Below, in pieces: positions 7,358 to 15,408 of a stretch of DNA of 24,411 nucleotides (its first letter is position 1; every line of letters starts with the position of its first letter). The stretch comes from a virus (Duplodnaviria > Caudoviricetes). The notes under the pieces were generated by a model. The model worked only from the letters and a program-made list of their open reading frames with translations. It was not told the origin of the DNA and ran no database searches. The DNA is taken from positions 1 through 24,411 of IMG/VR virus record IMGVR_UViG_3300032292_001230. One strand, written 5' to 3'. A program made the position numbers and the translations under genes.

Positions 7358-7411
7358 GCCCCTTAGACAGTAACCTCCACGCGGTTAGGGGTGGGTAACG
7401 CTAATACTGTT
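7358..7411 (+). ncRNA. Minimal HDV-like self-cleaving ribozyme (P4 nearly absent)
   Basis: P1 GCCCCU(U) 7358-7364 / (U)AGGGGU 7386-7392 with G1.U wobble. P2 ACAGUA 7367-7372 / UACUGU 7405-7410. P3 ACC/GGU with L3 UCCACGC. P1.1 CC 7377-7378 / GG 7393-7394. Vestigial P4 GUAAC. J4/2 GCUAA with candidate catalytic C7401. Confidence 0.85.
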
Positions 7412-7466
7412 AGGGCAATCACTTCACCGCCCAAATGTCCACACTACAGGCACACACTACACCGCC

Positions 7467-7799
7467 ATGAAATACATCAAAGCGTCACTCGTAATCATCG
7501 CCGCCATCGCCACACTCGCAATCGTAGGCGGCGCGATCGCACTCAAAAAATGGGTAGATCGTTATGTGGCTGTATCTATGCTCACAGTCGCGCCCAAAGC
7601 TAATGCTCAGATCGTGATTAGATCGCAGCGCAAAGCGATCGCTTTAAAAGCGGTGAGCATTACGATTAAAAATGATCGTCCTGATTACGCAGGGATGACA
7701 CTCAGGCAGCTAAAAGATGCTGCTAGAGGCACTGGTATCAAAAACTGGTCGCGACTGACTAAGAGCGTGTTAATTGCGGCTCTCATTGCCACTCACTAA
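7467..7799 (+). CDS. Membrane-anchored protein with a C-terminal Rho_N-like helix-extension-helix domain
   Basis: N-terminal hydrophobic helix SLVIIAAIATLAIVGGAIAL. C-terminal YAGMTLRQLKDAARGTGIKNWSRLTKSVLIAAL fits the Rho N-terminal domain pattern. Confidence 0.75.
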   Translation: MKYIKASLVIIAAIATLAIVGGAIALKKWVDRYVAVSMLTVAPKANAQIVIRSQRKAIALKAVSITIKNDRPDYAGMTLRQLKDAARGTGIKNWSRLTKSVLIAALIATH

Positions 7800-9474
7800 C
7801 CTTACCCAACGCCGCCGCCTGTGACTTAGGATTAGGGGCATACATACTAATCGACTGCAATAGGGCATACTTCACTGCATCTGCCCTATCAGGAGATCTC
7901 CCCAATCGCTTCTTCACTTCTTTTTTAGATTCTATTGAAACCACACCGCCATCGATGGACGATCGGCGAATACTGCAAAGCTCAGCTTTTAATTTTGGAT
8001 CGGGCGGTAACATCAGCGTGGGATTGTACTGCGGATCGAGCGCTTCCATTAACTTCCACGCAAGCATCGCATTCATGTCCCTGAAGCGCAGTAAACCAGT
8101 GCGATCGGTGATTGGCTTACCGTTGCGATCGCAAGCACTAGCGCCGCCATTAATCGCCACTACACTCCATCCCATTTTTTTGCATGAATCATAGGGCGAA
8201 CTGCCAACGCCCACAACATCGATATTAATTTGGGGATTGCCAATCCTGAGATTATGGATAATATCTCGAACCGCGTCCCCATCTTCGACATATTTACCTT
8301 TAGTCAGGTGAATCGGCGCGATCCAATCATTAAAGCGAATAGCGATCGCTGTCTCGTCATCACCGCCTCTCGATGGATCCACGCCCATAGCTGACATATT
8401 GGGGCTTTGATTTTTTGTACGATAAATTGAGAGGGCATTATTAAAATCTAAGCTTTTAGTACCCATGTACGCAATCCATCTGTCTTGCGCTGCCACAATC
8501 CAAGCTGTGGGGATTACTTGGAGATCGGTGGATTCCACAATCCTAATAAAATTACCTTCTCTAAATCGCGTCCTAAGCTCAATGGGTAAAGCTTCTAAAG
8601 TTTTGTCGTACCCCTTAGCCATCAACACAGGATTATCCTCAACCTTACCGCCAATAAACGACCGTGAGCGCCCCTCTAATCGCTTTACCGTGCCATTAGG
8701 TAGCGTGTATTCATGAATCGGTCTAGGAGGCATTTCACCCCGCGCCATGTACTCTTTAACTTCACTTAATGGAGTTCGTGCAATCTCAACGTCTAAATCT
8801 TCTTCCCCGATATATTTACGAACGAACCAAACCAAGCTCCCTTGCTCAGCGCGATCGCCATCGTAATCAGGATCAATAAACGCGCCCCAATAATCTAAAA
8901 CCCATTCACCATCAACAGTCGTAGGCGGGTTGCCAGTTGCCACAATTCGGCATCGCACACTAGGATCAGGGTGACGATTCCAGATATTGATTTTCCTGAA
9001 TTGCATCTCTGAAAATTCTGTAAGTTCATCCCAGCACTTCAAATCGTGAGCTTGTCCTTGATATTTCTGCCAATCCTGTTCGTATTGCACAGAGCCAATT
9101 TGAATAGTATTTGACTCGCTTAATCGCCACAAATGGAGCGATTCGTTATAGCTGTCACGAGCATGAATTGAAACATTACGCGCAAATATTTCACGCGATC
9201 GCTCGATGATTGCTCTACACCGTGGGAACTCGCGCCGCAAAAGCAGTGAATGCTTAGCAAATGCGGCTAAGCCAAGAATTAAATCCGTTTTCCCGCTACC
9301 CGCCGCACCACCATAGAATAATTCATCCGCAGGGTGATGAAATGCAAATTCTTGTGGACTATTTGGGAATGGTTGCCAAATGACAGAATTATTAGTATTT
9401 TCGCGCTTATTCTGTCTCTTTAATTTCGCCTTGTGTTTCGGTGATTTCAGTGGGGTCGGACACTTCGTAACCAT
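7783..9474 (-). CDS. terL: Terminase large subunit
   Basis: Walker A GGAAGSGKT, Walker B LKCWDE, motif III ATGNP, RNase H-like MGVDPSRGGDD and C-terminal SPDRADA. Start codon uncertain. Confidence 0.95.
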   Translation of the reverse strand: MVTKCPTPLKSPKHKAKLKRQNKRENTNNSVIWQPFPNSPQEFAFHHPADELFYGGAAGSGKTDLILGLAAFAKHSLLLRREFPRCRAIIERSREIFARNVSIHARDSYNESLHLWRLSESNTIQIGSVQYEQDWQKYQGQAHDLKCWDELTEFSEMQFRKINIWNRHPDPSVRCRIVATGNPPTTVDGEWVLDYWGAFIDPDYDGDRAEQGSLVWFVRKYIGEEDLDVEIARTPLSEVKEYMARGEMPPRPIHEYTLPNGTVKRLEGRSRSFIGGKVEDNPVLMAKGYDKTLEALPIELRTRFREGNFIRIVESTDLQVIPTAWIVAAQDRWIAYMGTKSLDFNNALSIYRTKNQSPNMSAMGVDPSRGGDDETAIAIRFNDWIAPIHLTKGKYVEDGDAVRDIIHNLRIGNPQINIDVVGVGSSPYDSCKKMGWSVVAINGGASACDRNGKPITDRTGLLRFRDMNAMLAWKLMEALDPQYNPTLMLPPDPKLKAELCSIRRSSIDGGVVSIESKKEVKKRLGRSPDRADAVKYALLQSISMYAPNPKSQAAALGKVSEWQ

Positions 9475-9826
9475 GTGCTGTCACCGTATCAATTGCTTGC
9501 TCTAATTTATCAAATAAGCCCCTTAGTTTTGCCCTGCTGTCGGCTGCTTGTAATGCTGTTTGGTACTTCTTATCATCCAGTGCTTTACGGATGATTTCGC
9601 GTCGTAATTCCATCTCTTCAGCATAAGCTTCTTCTCTCTCAATCGCGCAAACTTCTTTCATTTGCTCACGCGCTCTTTTTATGAGGGTAGTAGTCTGGCG
9701 GCGGTTTATGCCCCATGTTTGAGCAGCAAAAAGCACAATTTTTTCAGTAGAATGACATTGCAAAATAAGCGAATAAACTTTATTTACTCGCTTTTCCATT
9801 TCTGCATTGTCGCTTTTTTGTGCCAT
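9407..9826 (-). CDS. terS: Probable terminase small subunit (HTH)
   Basis: 139-aa helical protein with an HTH-like segment (AAQTWGINRRQTTTLIKRA), directly upstream of terL. Confidence 0.7.
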   Translation of the reverse strand: MAQKSDNAEMEKRVNKVYSLILQCHSTEKIVLFAAQTWGINRRQTTTLIKRAREQMKEVCAIEREEAYAEEMELRREIIRKALDDKKYQTALQAADSRAKLRGLFDKLEQAIDTVTAHGYEVSDPTEITETQGEIKETE

Positions 9827-9827
9827 G

Positions 9828-10646
9828 TTATTTAGTTATAATTCGGTTTTTTTGCGATTCTCTTTTTTGCCTTATATTATTAAATCTTTTGATTTCTTCA
9901 GCAGCGCACAAACATTTATTCATTTGCTGTAACGGATACCACACAATACTATACCGATAACCATCTGAGTTTTTAGTGATAGGCGAAACACCATGAAGTG
10001 TTGTAGCGCCTGAAAATGCAATAAATGTATTATCTGCCATTTCTAATGCAACATCGTACTGGGGTAATATTAAATGACCGCCGCTAGTTTTCTTTTTGAA
10101 GCAGATCATCACGCTCCAAGAATCCTTGAAATTACCAGAATCAAAATGATATTGCAATGGATTATCTTTATTTACAATCCCACTGGTAAACGCACCGCCG
10201 ATTAAAATCCATTCATTAAGAACGGTATCGCTTATATTTTTAACTTGATTTTTGTATTGATTAGGATTATAAGTTTTTAAAATTTCAGAAGCAAATAAAG
10301 CGCCGTTAGAGAAAGAAGTAAAACTTTTAGGCTGATATCTTAATAATCCTGTAGCGCGACAAATATCATTTTGCAGCCTAACCGTATTCCTAGGCGCGAA
10401 TCCAAAGATAACCGATTGAGTTTTCATCCCATCAGTTCTAGCCCCTTTGTCATATTTAGTTGTTAGACAAGCATTTCTAAGATTATTTGTAGAATCATCC
10501 AAAGAGCCATAAACAGCGATTAAATCGCCATTATTGTCTACTAACTTAGTATTTTCTGTAATCAAATTACTGTAATCAGAATCTTTAGGAGTTAGCTTTA
10601 AAAAATTTTTTTTATCCTTTTGGATTTTGACAATAATATTATTCAT
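9828..10646 (-). CDS. TET/JBP-like 2-oxoglutarate Fe(II) dioxygenase (DNA base modification)
   Basis: HFD (HxD) in NPLQYHFDSGN, distal His in LHGVSPI and 2OG-binding Arg in RYSIVWY. Lies between the ParB-like gene and terminase. Confidence 0.8.
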   Translation of the reverse strand: MNNIIVKIQKDKKNFLKLTPKDSDYSNLITENTKLVDNNGDLIAVYGSLDDSTNNLRNACLTTKYDKGARTDGMKTQSVIFGFAPRNTVRLQNDICRATGLLRYQPKSFTSFSNGALFASEILKTYNPNQYKNQVKNISDTVLNEWILIGGAFTSGIVNKDNPLQYHFDSGNFKDSWSVMICFKKKTSGGHLILPQYDVALEMADNTFIAFSGATTLHGVSPITKNSDGYRYSIVWYPLQQMNKCLCAAEEIKRFNNIRQKRESQKNRIITK

Positions 10647-11262
10647 AATTTTCTGCTAAAGCTTTTAAAGCCTCTGCATTATTTTCTACTTTAAATCGAT
10701 TAATTAACAACTCAAAAAAGCCTAAAACAAGATCATGATCTTCGATTGAATAAGTAAGTACAAATTGCCTAACAGAACTATTTAAGTATTGGCTCTCATA
10801 TTCTTTAGGGGTAAAATCTCTTTCGGTATTAGTTAAAGTCTCACTCTCGTTCTCATCCCCTATCAACTCATCATCATCATACATATCGGAAATATCAATC
10901 TCATCCGATATTTCTGCCAATAATTCATAATCAGCATCATAGTTAATTTCAGATATCCGATTGTCTGCAATGCCTAGCCTAACTGCTTTGGGGTGATTAG
11001 CATCTGGAATATCATCACGCACAATAATGACAGGGCGATCGCCTGTAGTATGTACCATGATTGGCTCTGCATCTTCACCAAAGCGATTAGTCGCAACCTC
11101 TAACCGTGCCGATCCTGCGAACGTTTCCCCATTAGCAGCAGTGGTGATTGCACCGATCCAGCCTTCTTTTTCAACGATATTGTTAAGGGTCTCCATACCG
11201 CGCTTTTTGTGGCGGTTTACGTTGCGAGTTTGCTTTTTAAAATCTGATAACTTTTTTGCCAT
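10639..11262 (-). CDS. ParB/Srx N-terminal-domain protein
   Basis: RNVNRH...GWIGAI...FAGSARLE...LGIADNRISE pattern, followed by an acidic linker. Common upstream of phage terS. Confidence 0.75.
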   Translation of the reverse strand: MAKKLSDFKKQTRNVNRHKKRGMETLNNIVEKEGWIGAITTAANGETFAGSARLEVATNRFGEDAEPIMVHTTGDRPVIIVRDDIPDANHPKAVRLGIADNRISEINYDADYELLAEISDEIDISDMYDDDELIGDENESETLTNTERDFTPKEYESQYLNSSVRQFVLTYSIEDHDLVLGFFELLINRFKVENNAEALKALAENYE

Positions 11263-11334
11263 AAGTACCGATAACGAATTTACAGCGATTTTATCATAAG
11301 CAGCTACAATCTATAAAACTTACTGATCGCTCCT

Positions 11335-11637
11335 ATGTCTTATGGACTCGAAAATTATGATCCAAAACATCACTACCGAGCCATTAAATACCAGCGTAAA
11401 GCCGACTTTGATCATTGCTGTGCATATTGTGGCGATCGCCCTCAATTCTTGACTATTGACCATGTAATACCGCGCAGTCAAGAGGGAACAAATGAGCTTA
11501 ACAACCTATTGCCAGCCTGTAAGCCATGCAATGAAAGTAAAGGCTCTAAATCCTTGGCTAATTGGTACACGCACCGTAATTATCGATATACGGCGGCGCG
11601 ATGGGAAAAGATTAAGGCAGTTTTGCAACATAGCTAA
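11335..11637 (+). CDS. HNH endonuclease (Zn-binding, McrA-like)
   Basis: CAYC...TIDHVIPRSQEGTNELNNLLPACKPCNESK. Confidence 0.92.
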   Translation: MSYGLENYDPKHHYRAIKYQRKADFDHCCAYCGDRPQFLTIDHVIPRSQEGTNELNNLLPACKPCNESKGSKSLANWYTHRNYRYTAARWEKIKAVLQHS

Positions 11638-12268
11638 TTAAATCAAGAAGCCTACTGCCTCTTTTTGTAGCAATCACAGCCTCACTAGCAGCATATTCAC
11701 TGATGTATTTAGCTAATTTATCGCTTCGATAGTTGCCAGAATTAATCTCAGTCTTACTAAATCCCATAGCCATAAGCTCTTCATACCTTGTGAGTAAATG
11801 GACAAATGTAGAGAGGTAAATATACAGCGTGTCTAGCTCAAATTGAACTGGGAAGTAATCACGGCTATTGGCTTCTAATGCCCACGGCAATATGTGCTTT
11901 TGCGCTGATTCGGCAATGCAGATTGTAAACGGCGCCGCGGGGGGATTGATAAGCCATTCACGCAATAAAACGCGGGTAGGTAGCTCAGTCACTACTTGCA
12001 AAGTATCTTTTCCCTCGGTAATTGTGTCACCAAATTTAGGATAGGAATTATCGCCATTAAGTAGCCATGACCAGTTACGGGAATAAATAGCGCTGTACTT
12101 GCCCTTGGTTTCATTCCAATAAAAAGCCCTTAACGGGATACACCATGCACAGCGATCGCATAGATGCTTAGAATCAGGACATCTAGCGGCGTTGTGCGAT
12201 GTAAAGGTATCCTTCAAGGCTAATGGCTTATTAGCGTTAGGGGCGGCGCAAAGGTAGCAGTTAGGCAT
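11612..12268 (-). CDS. csf1: Type IV CRISPR-associated Csf1 (Cas8-like large subunit)
   Basis: N-terminal Zn finger CYLC...CDRC and the WLINPPAAPF...IAESAQKH motif; last gene of the operon. Start revised to ATG 12268, overlapping the cysH-like stop by 8 nt. Confidence 0.8.
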   Translation of the reverse strand: MPNCYLCAAPNANKPLALKDTFTSHNAARCPDSKHLCDRCAWCIPLRAFYWNETKGKYSAIYSRNWSWLLNGDNSYPKFGDTITEGKDTLQVVTELPTRVLLREWLINPPAAPFTICIAESAQKHILPWALEANSRDYFPVQFELDTLYIYLSTFVHLLTRYEELMAMGFSKTEINSGNYRSDKLAKYISEYAASEAVIATKRGSRLLDLISYVAKLP

Positions 12269-13010
12269 AATTTTTAACCTCTGGAAATAGCGCTGCAAAT
12301 TCAAAATAAATCTTGGGGTAATTCTTTCTTAGATGTGCCATACGCCCCCAATTAGAAAGCGCTGTATCTATAGGGCATCCATTACGAAAAGTCATACGCC
12401 CCTCAACATCGTAAATCGTGGCATAGGGTAGCTTTTGCCAATCTATGTATTGCCAAATATCTTCGGTTTCCCAAAAGCCAATTGGTGAGCAAATGACGCT
12501 TCCATCTTTTTTCGTGTAAAGCAATCCATTAGATCGCAAATACTCTTTACGACCTCTTGACTCTTGCCTTAGTCCCCATGCGTACCCTTTGACGTTGTGC
12601 ATTTCAGCCCATTCATTCAATGGATAAAGTAAAAGTTCATGGCATTGTTTTTTGTCAAGAGCATTAAATTGTCCGTCAAAACTCATGCCTAATTTGCGGT
12701 AAAGCTGCATCAATCCAAGCGGTGGACATAGCTCTATAATGTTCCATTTGAGTTCATCTCGCAGATAGTAAAGCAACTCTATGCAATCATCCCATTCGGC
12801 TAAATGCCCTTGATTTACCCATAGAAATGGACAATCTGGGAAAACCTCTTTAATTAAATGCGCCATTACTAGCGAGTCTTTACCGCCCGAAATAGAGCCG
12901 TAAACTTGATAGTCGCAAAGTTCTAACCATTCTTTGATTAGAGCGATCGCCTTATCTTTTTTGCGCTGTAACCAAACAGCATTTAATCCACTGCCAAAAG
13001 TTATCGACAT
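12261..13010 (-). CDS. cysH: PAPS-reductase-family (CysH-like) protein, the hallmark accessory gene of type IV-B
   Basis: PP-loop SISGGKDS, WGLRQES and SPIGFWETEDIWQYI. Embedded between csf3 and csf1. Confidence 0.88.
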   Translation of the reverse strand: MSITFGSGLNAVWLQRKKDKAIALIKEWLELCDYQVYGSISGGKDSLVMAHLIKEVFPDCPFLWVNQGHLAEWDDCIELLYYLRDELKWNIIELCPPLGLMQLYRKLGMSFDGQFNALDKKQCHELLLYPLNEWAEMHNVKGYAWGLRQESRGRKEYLRSNGLLYTKKDGSVICSPIGFWETEDIWQYIDWQKLPYATIYDVEGRMTFRNGCPIDTALSNWGRMAHLRKNYPKIYFEFAALFPEVKNYA

Positions 13011-13684
13011 ACATTATCCGTAGGCATATAGCACATAGTTTTATTAGCAGCTAACCATGTAGGAGGTCTCCATCCCCAGTTCATCATATTGATAGCTTGA
13101 GGCTGTGGAATCATATTGATCGGCATAGGACGTGCTAAATGTTCACCTCTCCATAAGTGCCAATCATGTTCAAAGGGTAGTACCTCCCATTTATGCACCT
13201 GTCCGCACCCTTGCGATCGCTTCTTACCAAGATTAGTAACATTTAGAATCAGTTCACTAATCTTGTCAGCATCACCAATACAAAACCAGTGTATAGTCTG
13301 CATTTCTCGATCATATCTTGGCAGATCATAGGCTTTAAAATGCCCTTCACTGCCATTGACTTTTGCGCGTTTCTTACCCCATTCAAGATGATGCTCTTGA
13401 TAATCCCATCGCTTACGGAATTTTGAAATTTGCTGATGATTCTCAATGTAATGAGGTGAACTTACCGCCCAGTACCATTGACCATTCAGCATCTTTCGGG
13501 CGATCGGCATTTGCTCAAATAGGATAGGCAAGTTTTTAATGATGCTTGCTTCTGTGGGATTAGGCTCGATTAATCCTAAAGAGTCTAGCAATTGATACTC
13601 AATAAGAGCATCAAGGCTAGGACTCCAATCATCATAGGCAACAAGCGGCGTTGCCATGTGTGCGATTATTTGAAGATTATCCAT
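13001..13684 (-). CDS. csf3: Type IV Csf3 (Cas5-family RAMP)
   Basis: LQIIAHMATPL...LDALI, G-rich loop LGKKRSQGCGQV, RPMP and WRPPTW. Start revised to ATG 13684, which has a GAAGGAG RBS. Confidence 0.85.
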   Translation of the reverse strand: MDNLQIIAHMATPLVAYDDWSPSLDALIEYQLLDSLGLIEPNPTEASIIKNLPILFEQMPIARKMLNGQWYWAVSSPHYIENHQQISKFRKRWDYQEHHLEWGKKRAKVNGSEGHFKAYDLPRYDREMQTIHWFCIGDADKISELILNVTNLGKKRSQGCGQVHKWEVLPFEHDWHLWRGEHLARPMPINMIPQPQAINMMNWGWRPPTWLAANKTMCYMPTDNVCR

Positions 13685-14237
13685 TCGGTAGATCTCCTTC
13701 AATACAACTCAGGTAAAAATCAAACGATTCTGAATTATCGTATATATTCCAATCGCTCCATTTGCTTATGTAATTAACAACGTTTGAATTTAATTCAAAC
13801 AATTCTCTCCCGAATGTTTTGACTTTTTGGTTTCGCAAAAAAGCATGAATATAAATTTCAGCTTGTCTGTCGCAAAAAGCAAATCCGATAACAATAGGAT
13901 TTGATACCCATCTATTACATTCAGAAAACCTTTGATAAAAATGCTTTAAAGAACCAGCAGATCCTATTTTTACAGCATTTTCAGATACTTGGATAAAGTA
14001 CAAAACATCTTTTGCGCCACATCGAATCAACTCATTAATTCCTTGTAAATCAATATCTCGTCTAGATAAAATACCTTTGGATATATTTACGGCTTTAACG
14101 TCATTGCTTAAATAATCTCTAATAAAATCGCGCAACAAAGGGCTTGCGTTAGTCCCATCATTTTTTGCCTTTCTACAAAAACAATCCCATAGATCGGCAT
14201 CAATATTAAATGTAGCCATTGTTGATCTACTATCCAT
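13677..14237 (-). CDS. RHH-like DNA-binding domain fused to a GIY-YIG-like (T5orf172/MUG113-type) domain, inserted in the cas operon
   Basis: TFNIDADLWDCFCRKAKNDGTNASPLLRDFIRDYL (RHH-like), then VLYFIQ...VKIGSA...QRF...AEIYIH...RELFEL. Confidence 0.7.
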   Translation of the reverse strand: MDSRSTMATFNIDADLWDCFCRKAKNDGTNASPLLRDFIRDYLSNDVKAVNISKGILSRRDIDLQGINELIRCGAKDVLYFIQVSENAVKIGSAGSLKHFYQRFSECNRWVSNPIVIGFAFCDRQAEIYIHAFLRNQKVKTFGRELFELNSNVVNYISKWSDWNIYDNSESFDFYLSCIEGDLPNG

Positions 14238-15408
14238 TCAACAAACTCCTAATATCACTCTTAGAATCTGCCAAAAACCCTTTGTAATCTTCGAGATATT
14301 CTTTATACCTTGCATGAGATTCAGAAGCGCGGTCGCTAAGCTTTTGAGCGTGAGGTGTAATTGTCATAAACTCACCGCGATCGCCGTCCGCAGTTTCAAA
14401 CCAAAACTGCATGGAGCATAGTCCGCAACCCGTACCAGATTGACCGCCTAAGTATGGCGATTCAGCGAACTTGAGTAATGCATCAGCAATAAAACCTTCT
14501 TCGATTCTGGTAATATTTGCGCTCCAATAGGAGTACAAAGTCGCGCCCGTTTGCAGTAGCCAATTACCCATGATCATTTGTTGGCTTTTCTCTTTTTCAG
14601 GCTTCTTTTTTGGAGAATTATCAGCAACTACAAATAGATCGCTTTGTCCGATTTTTGGCTGTGGATTAGCGCCAATTAAGTGCTTTGCAAAATTAGGATC
14701 ATGAAGAGAATCGCGCCTTGTTTTCTGATTATAGGTAAGCCAATCAGAATAATATCGGAGGCGATCGCCTAAGAATGGTAGCCACTCATCAAGCAAAGCT
14801 TTGAGGTCGTACTGGGAAACCTTAGCATCAATCCCTAGCCATTGGTTTACTCGTTGCGAGTGTTGTAAATCTTTGCCATCAACAATCTGTTCTAGCGCTG
14901 AAATAACATCAAGTGGCAACGCGGGGGGGAATTGTCGATAAATATACTCAGCGCTTTCTACACAAACCAGATAGGCATCACCAACAGCGATCCGACCATG
15001 TACCATCTGAGCATCAGATACACCAAATAAACCTTTAGGCTTGGCAGTTCCTAGTACTGAGAGGCATGGCAAAAGTTGCCTAATCTTTTTATCTAAATCC
15101 AAATCGTTACCAGTACCGCCATCGATCGCGCCGCCACAAAATAAAGCATGATGCATCGTTGGGGATACTTGCACACCAATCTGAGATAAGAAAGAATCAA
15201 TACCGCACCGCCTTAAAATTCGGTTGCGTAATGAGTTGCCAGAAAGTGTAAATACTTCCGAGGGATTACCCTCTAAATCTGTCACCTTCATCGTGCGTAA
15301 ATTCGTTTGATTGCCTACGCTTTCACTGATGTGAGACATTGGCTGTAGTAGCGTAATCTGCAAATGTAGCTTGATATTGTGGCGATCGTGTGGATTGTAA
15401 TTAAGCAT
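14230..15408 (-). CDS. csf2: Type IV Csf2 (Cas7-family backbone RAMP)
   Basis: ITLLQPMSH, LSGNSLRNRILRR, LFCGG, LLPCLSVLG, QQMI and the C-terminal G-loop LGGQSGTGCG. Confidence 0.9.
   Translation of the reverse strand: MLNYNPHDRHNIKLHLQITLLQPMSHISESVGNQTNLRTMKVTDLEGNPSEVFTLSGNSLRNRILRRCGIDSFLSQIGVQVSPTMHHALFCGGAIDGGTGNDLDLDKKIRQLLPCLSVLGTAKPKGLFGVSDAQMVHGRIAVGDAYLVCVESAEYIYRQFPPALPLDVISALEQIVDGKDLQHSQRVNQWLGIDAKVSQYDLKALLDEWLPFLGDRLRYYSDWLTYNQKTRRDSLHDPNFAKHLIGANPQPKIGQSDLFVVADNSPKKKPEKEKSQQMIMGNWLLQTGATLYSYWSANITRIEEGFIADALLKFAESPYLGGQSGTGCGLCSMQFWFETADGDRGEFMTITPHAQKLSDRASESHARYKEYLEDYKGFLADSKSDIRSLLNG

Noticed and set aside
7391-7603. 70-aa His/Arg-rich plus-strand ORF
   Set aside because: It starts inside the ribozyme and is an alternate frame of the better-supported Rho_N-like gene.
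12261-13010. cysH as a sulfur-assimilation auxiliary metabolic gene
   Set aside because: It is coupled between csf3 and csf1, the established type IV-B context, and no other cys genes are present.
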